A DNA stretch of 63,655 nt, filler included, from Pelomyxa schiedti (GCA_020536535.1; 11 parts of 11 records of this genome joined end to end with filler, not necessarily neighbours in it), one strand, 5' to 3'. Shown: positions 13,639 to 27,817, counted from the whole stretch's first letter. Translations and numbers: made by a program. The notes: generated by a model not told the origin, from the letters alone.

Positions 13639-14839
13639 CTATAGGATAGAACACCGGTAGGATCTCCTGCGAGTGGGGAGCCGAGGGTGCTCGATTTCGT
13701 GGAGTCTATCATCGTTGAGAGTTTCCATGATGGCGTGAGCGAACAGGATGTTGATGTTGTGGCTTGTGAGAGCACTGACAAGCACGAGAGGGGCACCGTG
13801 CATAACAGACTTGGCCACGTGCCTGGCTTGTTGTGTGGTCACTCGAATACCCGCTGTATCAGCCTGATTGGGTTGGTTTAGTAAAGACAACTGGTGGGAG
13901 TTTGTGGTGTTACCTTGTTCCCACATAGAACCACTGGTGCATTAGTTAACTTTCTTGTCTCTACATATAGGAGCTGTGCTTCCTCCAGTGAACTAGAGTC
14001 ATCCACTGCATATACTATCACTATTACATTTGCGGTGTGCCACACACGCAGCTGCAGAGCACTAAGTAGCGTTAAAGATGAAAGAAAGGTTTGGTAACCC
14101 CAGATGCCTTGGTGATGCTGAACCTGTCACATGTTAGTTAAGGAACAACAAATTAGAGATACAGTTGGTATCAAATAAATCAATACGAAAAGTGAACGGG
14201 AAGTCTAAGGTGGTTGAAAACCAACTCTCAATTTCCTGTGATTCATAAGTTCATATGGATATGGAAGAGACAAAATAACTGACTGAATCATAGCCGGGAA
14301 CCCAAAGATCCTGCACGAATCGATGGACAATGGCACTCTAAGCAGCGTGAGACAGTCTCAAAAACCTGAACATACCTTTATACCTTTCCAACACCATTTT
14401 TGCCTGACACAATTAAATTAATTAACAACTGTTGAATGGACACACCTAAAATCATCATTGTCTTCTTGTGTGTCCATTGCCACCGATAGTCAGAGGTATA
14501 CCTCCTCACAAAGTCGTTCATGACTGAACATGCACCTACTAGCTTAGCAGCCCTCTGTGACGGAATCAACCGGCTTAGCTCGGGCCCACCAAGGACCGAC
14601 TGGCCAAGTTCCCTGTATTTATCGTAGCCCGATGCGCCAAACCTACTGGTCCACAGTTCCTCGTTCATAACCACATCCCTTGTAGCCTTACACACATACA
14701 ACAACTGGGCAACCTCTTCGTCCCTAGTTGTGTAGCTATTGCGTTTGTTTTAAAATTTAGTATATTGTCACCTCAGGTAGTGCCAAAGCAGGGGAACGAC
14801 CTGAGACATCAAATCACCCGAGTTGGGGTCATCACCCAT
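13639..14839 (-). CDS. F-box-like domain fused to an atypical Ras-family small GTPase with CAAX box
   Basis: N-terminal LWHYLRDEEVAQLLYVCKATRDVV..EELW; G1 GKNGVGKS, G4 CGNKAD, G5 VSAL; C-terminal CSIL. Confidence 0.78.
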
Positions 14840-14884
14840 CACGAAGAATTTTAAATTTCCTGAGTTTAGGTGAAAGAATACTTT

Positions 14885-17800
14885 TTAGGTATCCTTTGTG
14901 GGGTATGTTAGTGCCTGTTTGTTGATGTGGGTTAGAACACTGACATTAATAGCCGAGACTATGCGAGTGAATAGAGGGGCGAGTAGGAGTCTTCTGACCA
15001 GAGGCAACCCAAGGATGATGGTGCACACCAGCAACACCATGCTGTTGATGAATGCTGTGTCCTCTTCAGGGCTGACAAACTCACTTACTTTGTAGCCGGC
15101 TTCCGAGAATAGTGTGTGGGCGAACAGTGTGAACCAAATGACAAGGTCACTGCTGTAGAAGTGGTCGAGAAGGGACTTGGATTCTGCGGCCTGGAATGTG
15201 GGTTTCACGTTGGGATTGGAGAGAGGGAGTGTGGGTTCATCCTGAGTGCTGTTCTCAGTGCCAAACGCTTGGCCGGCAAAGGACATTACAAGAAGGAAGC
15301 TAGCAAACTTATGTAGCATCAGAACAGAGCCTCCCAAAAACTGTGAATTCGTTAGCGCGGTATTCAGTTGACCGGGAATTTCTCACTGTAGGGATTTCGG
15401 TAGGGAAAGGAAGCCAAGGCCATGTGAGTAGAGCTTCGGTCATATCAAAGTCCCTTCCTAAGCTAATGTGGCAGCTGTATCCCAGAGATAGAGCAAAGAA
15501 TGCAAGCAGAGATGATTGGACACGGGAAGGTGCGTTTCTTGTTGCTATTGCCCTCAGGCAGAAGAACGCTGGAAGTTGTGCAGTAATAAGCTCTATTCTA
15601 TCACGCTGCTGATACAAAATGAAAGAGGCGATCACCATTGGGAAGTGCCACAGAGTTAGGTTCGAGGTCACGAGCTTTCGGTGCGTAAGTATTTGAGTAA
15701 ATTTTGGATGTTACTACAGGCTGGATTGCTGCTACAATGAAAAGGACGAAACAAAGCACTACAACGTAGATATCCAAGCTTGGCTCAATGAGGAGAGGCG
15801 CTTCCTTGTACAAAGCAATAGCACACAAAGCGGCGCCAGACAAAACATAGATCTTCGTCTTCTTCCCTTGTGCCACTATCAGCTCGCACAAAATGTATCT
15901 TATATTTCTCAGCTCTTTGGGATGAATGGAAGGTACTTACAGTGAGAAAACAAAATAACTCATCGAGTTCCATGAGAAGAGCATCTCATTGAGAGAATTC
16001 AAAATGATACCAATGGTAAGGCGCCAACTTAGGAGCCAACCCACAGCAATTACGGCAAAGAAATTTTCGCAATGAACACCGGGTGGCATTCTGCTAATAG
16101 CATCAACAACCGCAATCAATCCAATAAAAACTGAAGGAAGTGAGGCAAATCCCTGGAACTGCTTCTGAAGGGGGAACGCTGCGTTCATGCCACTGAGACA
16201 TAGACCCATCCAAGTGGATAGAACAAAAAGGAAGCATAAAATGCCTCCTTTCAAGAGTTCTAAGTATGTATGTTAACACAAAATAGTAACAATAAAACAG
16301 AACCTGGATGGGAGGTGAATTTAATATGGCGGAAGTACAAAAATAAGCTCAGAACGAGACTGAATAGGGTCAGGAACGCAAAATAAAGCAGTGGAAAGGT
16401 TTTCCTGAATAGTTCACCTGAAGTAAGGTTCAGGACTTCTTTGAAGGAGATCAAAGCTTACCACTGAGTGTTTTTGAGAGGGCAAGGAAATACTCTCGAG
16501 CGTCCTCTGGGCTCAATTTCTTTAACGATTCTATTACAGCCTGAAGGGGTCCCACCTTCTTCCAGCTCAAACTGGAGTCCACGGATGCTGGAACAGTCCC
16601 CCCATTTGAGAGAATGTTTTGCAGCAGTTGGTAAGCATTTTGTGCTTGCAGACGAGAAGTATATAACGGGTCTTCATATGCGGGAAATGGAATTCCAAAT
16701 GAACTCAGAGGGATAGATGCACAAGAAAGATATTGGGATAGCGTAGAAGCGACATCGGTGACAAGGATAAGTGGATATTCAGAAGTGTTTTTATTCTGAG
16801 GTGGTTCTGGAAGGTGAGGGTTGTACAGTGAAACGAACGCCTCATTTCCTCCCAGCTCGGGGCCATGGTCAGACCCAGACTTATCACCAGCCCACGTCCC
16901 TCCGTGGTCTGAAGTCACTATAAGAAGGTATTCGTCGTTCTTATCAACCCATTTCTTTGCTGATTCAATTCCCTAGCGCCTTTAGTTCCCGAGGGGCAGA
17001 GAGGAGAATACCTTGGCGAACTCGCTCACGTACTTTGCTGTCTTCTTCGAGAATTTACCATAGTTGTGGTTTATCCTGTCCAAAGTTTCTGCAATTCCCA
17101 TGACACTATTGCTAGCGTGATTTGTTATGTTGTCTAAACGAGATGCTGTCTTCCAATAAGGTAAGATAGTCGATATCTTAGATTCAGGAATTTACTAGAT
17201 TAACGTTGTCCAAAATTGAGGGGAATAAAATTGACATGTCGGTCTTGTAGGGATATCTCCGCACCCAGTCGTGGTTGTGAGAAAACAGTTGCCAGGTCAA
17301 ATCATATTGCTTCTTCATTTTGTAGAAGGCCACCTGTTATTAGGTAAGAAACCTGAAAAAAGGGATATGTCTTACCGGGGGTTTCTTGGTGCCGTTACAG
17401 TGTATAATTTGGTGCAACAAATTGTCAGAGAGAATTGGATTCCCCATCACATTTATTTGAGGTACACCAGCCATGTAACTGGTCATTATAGCTGCCGTAT
17501 ATTGGTGCATGTACGTTCGAACTAGTACGTGTAAGTTTGTGGCAAAAAAGAGAGAAAAAAACCTCTGTATGTGTGCACCAATTTTCCATTTGTTATGCCG
17601 TGCTTAGTGGCAATATCGAACGGCAGCCCATCCACAAAAAAAAATAGAAACCTGTGCATGTTAAATAACAAGTACTCTTGCTGATATAAGGCATACTTAT
17701 CATATCCCAGGCCGAACTGCTTTTTGTCAGGGCACAACTCCCCACCCTCCTCTTCTTCGTAATGTAAGCAGAAAACTTATCAGTAAAATGTACAGAAAAA

Positions 17801-18196
17801 CGAAAAGCTGAACGCAACGGTTCGAACACAAAAACAAAATCGAAAACAAGAACAAGAACAAGAACAAGAACAACAACAACAACACAAGGAAGGCACACGA
17901 TTTGCCCAGCAGACCCTGTTGTCGCTGTCCCTGTACGACAACGCCAGCCCGTGCACACCCCCTGTCCTCCTCTCCAGCTCCCCCGTGCACGTCCACACCG
18001 CCATCCCCCAACACACGGCAAACGCAACCCCCAGCACTATCCCATACCCCCGTGCTCCTGTGTGCCATTTGCTGATACTACCACTAGCGACCTCTCGGGG
18101 TGCTGCTACTCTTCTCGTTGGGGGGGTGCCATCCACGTAGATGGGGTGTGTGGTGCTGGCTGGTGTAAGCGCCTCTTGTTCCTGTTGGTCCAGCAT
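14885..18196 (-). CDS. GPI ethanolamine-phosphate transferase-like protein (PIGG/PIGO/PIGN family; alkaline-phosphatase fold plus many TM helices)
   Basis: N-terminal TM, YDKFLFFFVDGLPFD, LIVTSDHGG...SDHG, then many hydrophobic helices to 14885. Confidence 0.72.
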
Positions 18197-18490
18197 CTTT
18201 TGCTGATTGTGGATCAAACGAGGCAAAGAACGGACGAGGAAAAAGGGAAATCTGGCTCATTGATGTTCCACTGATTGTATTTGCATCTGAGTGATGTTGG
18301 ATCTAAATTCAAACACCGGCTGCAAGAGGCACAAGGAGCTCAGTCCGCATTCGGCTGAAAAATCGACGCCACACATGCTCCCAATACTACATCAGTTGTG
18401 TTTCTGGAATCCCCAAATACAGACAGAAGCGAAAAGTAAAAAGCCAACAGACTAAAACAAGAAAAAAAAAAAAGATCAGGAAGGAGGGTG

Positions 18491-19914
18491 ATGAGGTACT
18501 GGGCAGGACTTGTCGTGGTTGGGGTGTTGTCGTCACTCGTTACCGCCGGCACAGTTGAGTTTGATTTTTAGTTTCCGTTCCTTTTTTTTTTATTTGTATT
18601 TTTTGTGTTTGGTTTTTTTCGTTCGTACGTTTGTGTGACAACGGAAACAGCAAGAAGGGTGCACATGGAAGACCAAGACCACTTCTGGCCAGAGCATAAA
18701 ATATGATATGTCTGCTNNNNNNNNNNNNNNNNNNNNNNNNNNNNNNNNNNNNNNNNNNNNNNNNNNNNNNNNNNNNNNNNNNNNNNNNNNNNNNNNNNNN
18801 NNNNNNNNNNNNNNNNGTATTTTTTGTGTTTGGTTTTTTTCGTTCGTACGTTTGTGTGACAACGGAAACAGCAAGAAGGGTGCACATGGAAGACCAAGAC
18901 CACTTCTGGCCAGAGCATAAAATATGATATGTCTGCTATGACCCATCCTTCTGGGTACGCTACGCTCTGTGCTCGATAATACGCAAACCAATCCTCGCCA
19001 CTTATGCTGGTTGTTCATTAGTCTAACTTTTTCCTTAGAGAAGCTGACTACCTTTCAATTTCGGATTCTTCGAATACGTACGTTTCCCCACCCCCTCCCC
19101 ATCCCCCGTTTTGTAAGTTTTTTTTTCAGCTTTTACATTAATATCTGCGGGAATTCCTCCAAGCCCTGCAGCCCTCTTAATTCAGTGTGCCAAATTGGAA
19201 CCACAGGATCCAAATACTACGGCTGTGGTACATTGGCTTCCCAGCTGTTCTACGATCCAGGTACTGCGCCTGTTGTGTTTCTTTTTTCCTTCTCACAAAA
19301 AACAGCAACTGGCGGAGAGAGTGGTGTTATGATCAACTACAGTGGGGGCACAGTTGGTTGCACCCCAAGTGTGGCACGGTCAACAACTATCACACTTACT
19401 TGTGATGCAACCCAGGGCAGAGGCAAAGTTACAGCTGTGAAGGAGAGCGCCTGCTATTATGAATTGTGCTTCCGTTTTCTAGTTTTCCCTGTCATCACTC
19501 ACCCATTGCAGGTCAATTGGAAGCCAATACGGATGCTACGTTGAAGTTGGGGGCGGTGGTGGCATTGATGTAGGCTGGATTCTCATTATTGTGTATGATT
19601 CAAACCGATATTTTCTTTGACCGACTTTTACTCACTGTACCTCAGCGCAATTTGCTTGATAGCAGTGTACCTTGGTGCCGGAGTTGCCGTTAACTACTTT
19701 ATCTTCAAGAAGGAACCCGGCCTGGAGCTCATTCCAAATCTTACCTTCTGGAAGGGGTTCCCCTACCTTATTAAGGTACTTTTGCCATTCAAAACACTTA
19801 CAATTTTAAAAAGAATTTGCCATTCAAAACAACTTACAATCCAAGGATGGAATCATGTGGGCCATACATGGGTTCAGCAAGGACGGCTACTGCTCTGAGT
19901 ACTCCAATCTTTGA
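18491..19914 (+). CDS. Mannose-6-phosphate receptor / ATG27-like type I membrane protein
   Basis: Signal peptide MRYWAGLVVVGVLSSLVTA; MRH domain (FYINICGN, RSTTITLTCD, CYYEL); TM AVYLGAGVAVNYF; GLELIPNLTFW..FPYLIKDG; C-terminal YSNL sorting motif. Spans an N gap. Confidence 0.88.
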
Positions 19915-19991
19915 GAAAGCAAAGACACACCAACATAATAAAATTAACAGTCGAAAATTTAAAACAATTTTTTTTGGAACGTTCTTTTTTT

Positions 19992-21630
19992 TTACTCTGC
20001 AACAAATTCCCAGTTGCTGACATCATCAGAAACAGACCAGGCTCCAGAGGCCCATTTGTTTTCTGTTACATCATAGGGGTAAAGGACTCCTATTTGATTC
20101 CTTGAGTTGGGGTTGGGGTGTGGGAGATAATACCTTCCGGGAAGTCAATTTCAGTGTAGTCCCACATTTCAAGGTACCACCAGTTGTCAACAGGATCAAA
20201 GCAAGACTCCTGGTTCTTGTTTTCTTGAAGGTCAATCACATCAAACCTTTATGTGATGTTAGGGATTATCGGGAAAAGCAAGGTGAAATCAAACGGTGTG
20301 GGGAATTCTCCAGATTCCACAATGATTTCTTCAGTACCTGTCTGCCAGTCTACCTTCTCCATTCCTCCTCCGTACTTTGAATCTGTCAACATCCACAACT
20401 GTACTACGGTTAAATGTTGAATAAGGCGAATGCATACAAACTTGGTTTTGAATTGGTACGAAAGTTAACTCTATCGGCCAACAGGCGCGAGCGGGATTAG
20501 TGCCTGTTTAATGTTAAAACGTGCTTGCGCACAGTACAGAAAACTTTACCGCCCACAGCTTTTGTTATTATTGTTGACTTCTTATAGATGTTGTAGGTCA
20601 GGACGTGATAAGTTGCCGCATCCATGTTGTAACTTAAAACATGTTAAAAATTGGTTAATAGAGCGCCTGACATACGCGGTTATAAAGTAGTTTCCAGTAG
20701 TGGAATCAAAGGAGGAGGGTAGCTGTGGAAGGTACTTGAGCTCAGCTATATGGCCAATCACAGTAAATGTGCCATTCTTTGTGTTGATTGTGCACATAAG
20801 GTTGTCAACAACTNNNNNNNNNNNNNNNNNNNNNNNNNNNNNNNNNNNNNNNNNNNNNNNNNNNNNNNNNNNNNNNNNNNNNNNNNNNNNNNNNNNNNNN
20901 NNNNNNNNNNNNNTCCAGTAGTGGAATCAAAGGAGGAGGGTAGCTGTGGAAGGTACTTGAGCTCAGCTATATGGCCAATCACAGTAAATGTGCCATTCTT
21001 TGTGTTGATTGTGCACATAAGGTTGTCAACAACTATGTTAAAGGTCAAAAAACGAATATCTAATTACACCAGGAGAGTGTACCAGCGTAAAGCTGCAGCG
21101 ATGTGGGGTCCCACTGGATTGAAGAAAGAACGGCTGTGTCCCATAATTCAAGGGTAACATTAACCGTGTTTTGTTGGGTGACCTTCAGAGCGATTCAATA
21201 AAGAAGGGCAGGAAAGGAGGGCCATACATCAGCAATGTAAAGTACATATAGATCCGAGTCAGACAGTTGTTCAACAGTCAGGAAGTAGTATATCTGATTC
21301 GCAGCATCATATGCTGAAAATCTGCCAAGGCCCATCTGCACTGTATCTGGTCTAGGTGCCACAACCTGCACAAATTCTTATTACATGACTTATGTATTTA
21401 ACAAATACTGCAGAGTGCAAAGCCAAACTAATTTAGATAATTACTTGGAATAGGTGCTCAGGGGGGATTGGGTCCGGTAGATTGAGTTTGACCAAATCGA
21501 GCCTCAGCTGTGCACATGCGTTGAGGCAGTACCCCTCAATACCAAGTATGTACTTGCCTGAACACGCTCCCATAATACAACCAACGACAATCACCAACGA
21601 CAACAAAAGTGACGACCGGCGCCCCGCCAT
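19992..21630 (-). CDS. Hypothetical secreted protein, multi-exon
   Basis: Signal peptide MAGRRSSLLLSLVIVVGCIMGACSG; beta-rich exons; ends DDVSNWEFVAE*. Confidence 0.6.
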
Positions 21631-22137
21631 TTGCCTCCAGCAAAACAAAGGAACAACTTTGTTTGTTTTTGTTTCTTCTCAAAATTGTTTGGGAACAATC
21701 CTTATGTGAACCTGATCGGAAAGGCCTTCTAGAGAACGCCACAGGTTCAAGTCTGATTGTGTGTACCAATGGAGGGTTCGAACTCCGTCCGAACAGGAGG
21801 AGGATAAAAAAGAACTGGGCTTATGGTGCTCGATGGACTGAGAGTGTTTGATTAGGGTGTGTTGGTGTGGTTGATCTTTGCATTTCTTTTTCCTCCGGTT
21901 CGAGCACCACCGGAGTTCGAGAAAAGAAATCGGACCAACAAAAAGAAGAAAAAAAAAACAATGGTACGTGTCACGAAGCGACACGCTACATCAACACACT
22001 TTTTTTTTTTCCCTCGTATTCCCATTCGCGCATGTAATGTGACTTCGTTTCAATAACTCTGCGTTTTCTTTTAGTATTGCACCACGTGCGGGGCACATTG
22101 CCCAGGGCAAAAGTTTTGCACCGAGTGCGGGAACCCA

Positions 22138-22366
22138 ATGAAAAACCAAACCACCGAGCAACACCAAACAACCACAACAACGAGAAGTGGTACTAACAGT
22201 GCAACTGGCAGCGCGGCTGCTTCGGAGAAGCAAAAGACCAGGGTACTGTTCATATGCACGGCTAATGTATGTAGATCACAGATGGCTGAGGGAATACTCA
22301 ACCATAGATACGGCGATAAATACGAGGCTTACAGTGCTGGTTCCAAGTGCTCTGGATCGTCGGATA
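22138..22366 (+). CDS. arsC: LMW-PTP-fold arsenate reductase-like protein, 3' truncated
   Basis: [20 protein letters not shown]...YEAYSAGS: a CX5R loop with the RSQMAE signature typical of thioredoxin-coupled ArsC. Confidence 0.75.
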
Positions 22367-22656
22367 NNNNNNNNNNNNNNNNNNNNNNNNNNNNNNNNNN
22401 NNNNNNNNNNTTAATTAATTAANNNNNNNNNNNNNNNNNNNNNNNNNNNNNNNNNNNNNNNNNNNNGTGTGGACTTGGTGGCAGCACTGGGCTTGGCGGC
22501 GGGGGCCAGCGACGATTGGAGCACGGGGAACGACGCTGTTTGGGTGTAGGGCTGTCGTTGGCACAGGAGCAGTGTCATCTTCGGGGTCGGTGAATGGGAT
22601 TTGGCTCGGACTGAGGATTTCGCCTGCGACTGATCGGGAGGCCGAATTTCAAAGTG

Positions 22657-23060
22657 CTAATCAAAGAACGACAAGGAAGTTACATTGGATTTGCAAAGAG
22701 CATCAGTTACACCCAGGTCATCAAGGATTTTCACTGGTCCAGCTACTTCTCCTTGTGTATACAAATTATACCGGCGACCATCCGACACTGCAAGGGAGTT
22801 CTGGTTGTTGAACAAATACCTATGGGATCCTCTGATATTATAGCAATCAACATAGAGTGTGGCGTTGACCCACATTGATCCGCAAGCTTGATGTGGGACA
22901 GAAAGAGCCTCATCAATAACAAGATTCTTGGTCCTAAAAGTCTTCTCCAAGTCAACAAGGAAAACTACTGGCTGGTCTTCCTTGCTGGCAGTGCAGTTTT
23001 GTCTGTAGAATGTCTTCATAACCAGAGCGGCCTTGTCTTTGTCAAATGGTGACAGAGGGT
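22657..23060 (-). pseudogene. Fragment of the lineage-expanded unannotated family (VDLxxT motif)
   Basis: VVFLVDLEKTFRTKNLVI resembles WFVDLDKSYQLGVLSV (28049 gene) and IVDVELTHTTGSLCV (57005 gene). Confidence 0.4.
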
Positions 23061-23161
23061 GTTGCGTTTGTCTCCACTACCCGCGATTTATCAATGAGCG
23101 AAGTGTTTGCCCAACAATCGGTTTTTGATTTCTCTGAAATCGTCGACTGATCAGTTTTCAG

Positions 23162-26100
23162 ATTCGCCTGAGAGTACTTCCTACCCCATTAACCGACAAC
23201 GGCCGTACGACGAGATACGGCGTGAAAAAAACCACGCTCTTTGGTTACAATTACAACGAGGTGAGCGAACACAGTTGGCGTTTGGTTTTCATTAACTTGT
23301 TACTTTCAGACTTCAGGGGACGCCATTGAGGAGTTACCTGTGTGGCAGAACTCTTCTTTAAGTCTGGACTGTACGTCTTGTTACGCGTACATCAGGTCCT
23401 ACACCACCAACTCAGTGTCGGCTTTCGCGAATTCTAAAACACCTCAGTGCTACAGTAGATTTCCAGTTGGACCTTTCGTGGTGGTACTGGGCTCCGACAG
23501 GAATACAGTGGTTTTTGGCACAAGTTTCTGGTTCTGCCAAGGCCAACGTCGATTGGGCACTGTCTGCAAATTTTGCCAGTTACAGTTTCGAGTACGAAAA
23601 GAGTATTTTGCCGGCTGAGGTTCCTCTACTTTCTATCAGTCTGTGCGTTTGTGGGCTATGCTGCCGTATGTTTGAAATGTGCTTTTTTTTTTTTTTTCTG
23701 ATTTAGTTTGTTCTGTATCGGGCACTTTTACAGCACTGGGATTGGATGGAGACCTCATATTTGCCTTTTCCAGTGACGCCTCAGTGAAAGGAACTCTCTC
23801 AGGAGGTGCTGCACTTGAGGGCTTTGCCAAAGTTGGAGTTATGTATAACGGAACCTGGTCGACAATCAACCAATTTCAGTCTCCTACCCTAACTACTAAA
23901 CCTCTGGACATTGCCCTCAATGCGTATGCCCACTTACCACAACAAACAATCATGTTGAGTTCTGCAGTTCAACTGAGACGGTTTAGTGAAATGACATTGA
24001 AGGCAAGTCTTACTCCAGTGGTGACTTTTAGGCTCTCAGATTACATTACTGCCAGTGTATCATTCTCTGCCGCAATTGGTGCTGACCTGTCTTCGTCTAT
24101 CAGTACCAGCATATGCTTTCCATCTGCCAATGCAGAGGTTTAAACCCCATTCAATTGCATCTCTCATGTTTAAAAAAAAAAGCTTTGGTATATGCTCAAT
24201 TTGCATGAATCGATATCCACTCTAAAAATCCCCTATGTTCAAGAGTTGACATTTGGTGGCCTTCTTCCTGCCTCTTGGGAACAAGGTAACTTGTCCAAAG
24301 AATCACCCGTCCCATGACTATGTTTTTTAGTTATAAAGCCAAAGACCACCCTTGCATCCTGCACGGACTGTTTTGGATGCGGGCAAGTGCCACCTTCCAA
24401 TGAAACTTCGCCACCAGCAGTGCAGCAGCTTACGGAGCCAGCTGGTTCTGCGTACATCTTCAAATAAATCGCCCTTTTCCACCCACCTCAGTTCCTTTAG
24501 AACTCATTACATTGTAATGCTAGACAAGGCCACAGGTTTTGATTGTGCCATATCATGTCACCCGTACGCTTGTAGGCATAATTTCATACTCTCTTAGAGA
24601 ATCTTAGATACGTAATTGTGAAATTCTGTCAGTCAGTCGATAAGACTGGATGCAACACAGGAATTCCATATCCATACAGCTGCAGCTCTTCAAGGGATCC
24701 TACAGTCTATATCTGGCAGGAAACGTTTATTGATTCTACTGGCTATTCTTTTGCATTTCTTGATCTCTACTCCGATGACAGTACCTTCTGTCACGGGTGG
24801 TACGTTACACTATCTGAGATCGAGAATAATGAACAGAGCAACTATACTGCTAAATCTGGGACGTTAGAGATGTAGGTTCACTCTTTCAGCTTTTTCACTC
24901 ATCTCAACCACAGGGATTTTGTCATACAAACACCTTTGAATTCACTCCCTGGTGTCATTTTATATGGAAAAACAGTTAGCAACTGCGATCGCTGGTACGG
25001 CATCTTTGATGTTCCTGACTCTTCCTGGTGGTCTGATGTCTGGCTCTATGTCTCTGCACAAACGTATTCCAATACCTCTCCTCCTCCTCACTCAACCGGG
25101 AAGGAAATACACTGAATCTAATGCTCTACCAACATTATACGATGATAATTATGCTGGGGAACTGTTTTCTTCAGTTACTTCCTCTTTTTTTTTTTCCCCT
25201 CTTACATAGATAGGGTGACCATATTGAAGTTATGGTTTGGGGAGGGTTTGGGCAATCTTTTTTCTATGGCTGGTTACCCAAATTACTATTTTCTTATCCT
25301 TTTGTGGGTTATGTTCTTTCAATACCCAGTATGTCGAAAGGAACATATTCTCTTCTCGAGTATGATATTCAAATACAACGTAATTTTAACAACCAAACAC
25401 AGGATTTCCGGATTAGGTCCGTCTTGGTTGACTTGTCAAGCAGAAAAAGGAAACCCTGGTTTTCCTCCATCCTTTTTGGTATCTATTTTTTTAAATCTGA
25501 TACTCTTCCAAGATTTCTTTGTGTATTCTGATTCTCAATCTGCAATTTATCAGAGAGTATCTACTACGGAGCATGCCATCTTGGTGTGTTACTCTTCTCA
25601 CTTTCTTGTGCCTTACATAATGCAGGATTCGGAAACAACTGTTTGACTTCCTTATCAAGTTCTATACTAAGAGACCTACAGATATATTTATATGCTGCTC
25701 AGGAGGACCTCGTTACATGTGATTGCTCCATTTACGGTTACGTTGATATTCCTGATATTGGTGTCCCTTACTCGAATTTTGTTGTATGTTCAATATGGGA
25801 TCTTGAATCGGAGAAGCTCATTTGGTAAAAGGACCAAGAAACCTACATGAACATCAGATTACCTCCTGGCAATCCCGGCCTGCTTTATATCTCAGCAGTA
25901 CCAACAACTAACGAATCGACGTGGATGACCTTTGATGTTGCACCATATAATGAAGTCGATAAACCTTTTGAATTCATCAGTGGGGTATAAATTACCTGCG
26001 CTTTTATCACGTTCGTGATGTTTTTCAGGACTCCCTTGGGGTTCTTCTCTTGTATGATATCGATTTTTATGGCTATGAGAACCTCTTTGTTGCGTTCCAT

Positions 26101-27369
26101 ATCCCTGAGGGGGAAACAGCCTCGTATGAATTCACCGTTAGCCCAATATTTTATGCAGAATCAGGGGAAGAAATGAATGGTGCAGAAAATCAGCCCCTAT
26201 CATCAATTAACCACTTCTCTCACTTGTCTTGACAGGACGTATTGCCACAGAAGGTCTACATACTTTCCACTTTTCGAAGGCACAGAAAAGTGGTGTTAGA
26301 GCATCTTTAACAGCGTCAAACTTAGCTTTTTACATGTTTACATCACCTGTTGACCCATTTTGTGCGCTGTCGTAGTTTTTCCTTCATTTTTTTCCTTGGT
26401 GACTTTCATCAGTAATCTCTTTCGACGTATTGGATATTATTTGGGGTATGTTTCCATATGATGCCTATGTAACTGAAATTATTTAGAAGACACTTCCGTA
26501 CTTTGCCTAGAGACAACCTACGGATGTGAATTGCTCATTGAACCTGGTGACGAAGTATTTGGAGATGCATCGGAAATATATTTCTACATTCGGGGATTTT
26601 CTGATTTGTCTTATACTCTGCGCCTCACTGAAGTCTTTCCAAATGAAACAATTGCAGAAATTTTTACAACATCAGGTAGCCTGATCCTACATTTATCCTG
26701 TTATTAATCTGCAAATCTTCCAGCTTCGGGGTGCGTATCGTTTAACATTATTCCTGACCCACACTGGAGGGGAGTACTTGCAACGATTCTAACGCTTGTA
26801 GGAGGTTGAAGATACCACAATCTCTGTTTGAGTCTTATCACTTTTCTTAGAGTCACCTGTCTTGTTTGCTTCTACAACACAAGTTGCCCCCACTCTAATT
26901 GAGTCTGACTGGGTGGCACCTTCAGGAAGCTTTGGTGTACTCGCAGTTCCAACTAACAACTCTACCTACGTGTTTCTGTCTGTGACAACGGAGTCTAGCC
27001 TCATGTGTTTCAGTATTACTGTGGAAGAGGTTTCTTTTTTCTTTGGTCCCAACCTTTTGATGGCTCGATTTTTTTTCCCCAGTTATTGCCAATAACTGCG
27101 GCGTTGCAGTCGGAACGGAATCCACTGACGGCTCAGGACATCAGAAGTGGAGGGGTTACGTTCCACATAACCATCACAACGTCACAGTACAGATTTTTGA
27201 CCTACCTTCTTCTTGCCAATACCTCTTACCCATCTTTACTTGTATACACCACCTCCTCTTCCTTTTTTTTTTTTGGTTGACTTCGACCTCTTCCTCAGAT
27301 AACTGAAATTGTGTCCGATAAAGAGGAAGCAGCAGGCTGGAATTCAGTTGTTGTACCACTTTTGGGGAG
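23162..27369 (+). CDS. Large multi-exon hypothetical Cys-containing, beta-rich (probably surface or secreted) protein, partial
   Basis: Chain of short open exons with regular GT-AG introns (SLDCTSCYAYI, GVMYNGTWSTINQF, CDRWYGIFDVPD). No family recognised. Confidence 0.55.
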
Positions 27370-27817
27370 NNNNNNNNNNNNNNNNNNNNNNNNNNNNNNN
27401 NNNNNNNNNNNNNTTAATTAATTAANNNNNNNNNNNNNNNNNNNNNNNNNNNNNNNNNNNNNNNNNNNNACCTAATAATAACACCAACTCGAGTTGGTTT
27501 GAAAACGTTCTGGTTGTTTTTGTTGTGGTTTGTGTACAAAAAGGACACCCACATCTTTGACGCCGCGGCGTCGTCGTTCGTTGCAGCCAGACCTCGGTTG
27601 CAACCACCGCCTCCCACAATTACCCCTCCGCTTGACGTTCCGGTTGAGCACCCGCTCGCTGACATCCGAAAAAAGAAAAAAATTGATGAGTCCATTGTGC
27701 ATCACGTTTGGGCAAAGTTGATGACAGCCTACTGAGGTTCAACTCCTTATGAATATATAAACAAACCTCCGCGCTTTGATACAATAACATTGTAACCAAT
27801 AAAGAGGCTCGTATCGA

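Noticed and set aside
18597-18936. ~120-bp direct repeat inside the M6PR-like gene
   Set aside because: Identical copies flank a 100-N gap, which indicates an unmerged contig overlap.
20693-21034. ~120-bp direct repeat
   Set aside because: This is the same gap-flanking assembly artefact.
21740-21795. tRNA or Pol III gene (two GGTTCRA B-box-like motifs)
   Set aside because: No cloverleaf, acceptor stem or proper T-stem could be built.
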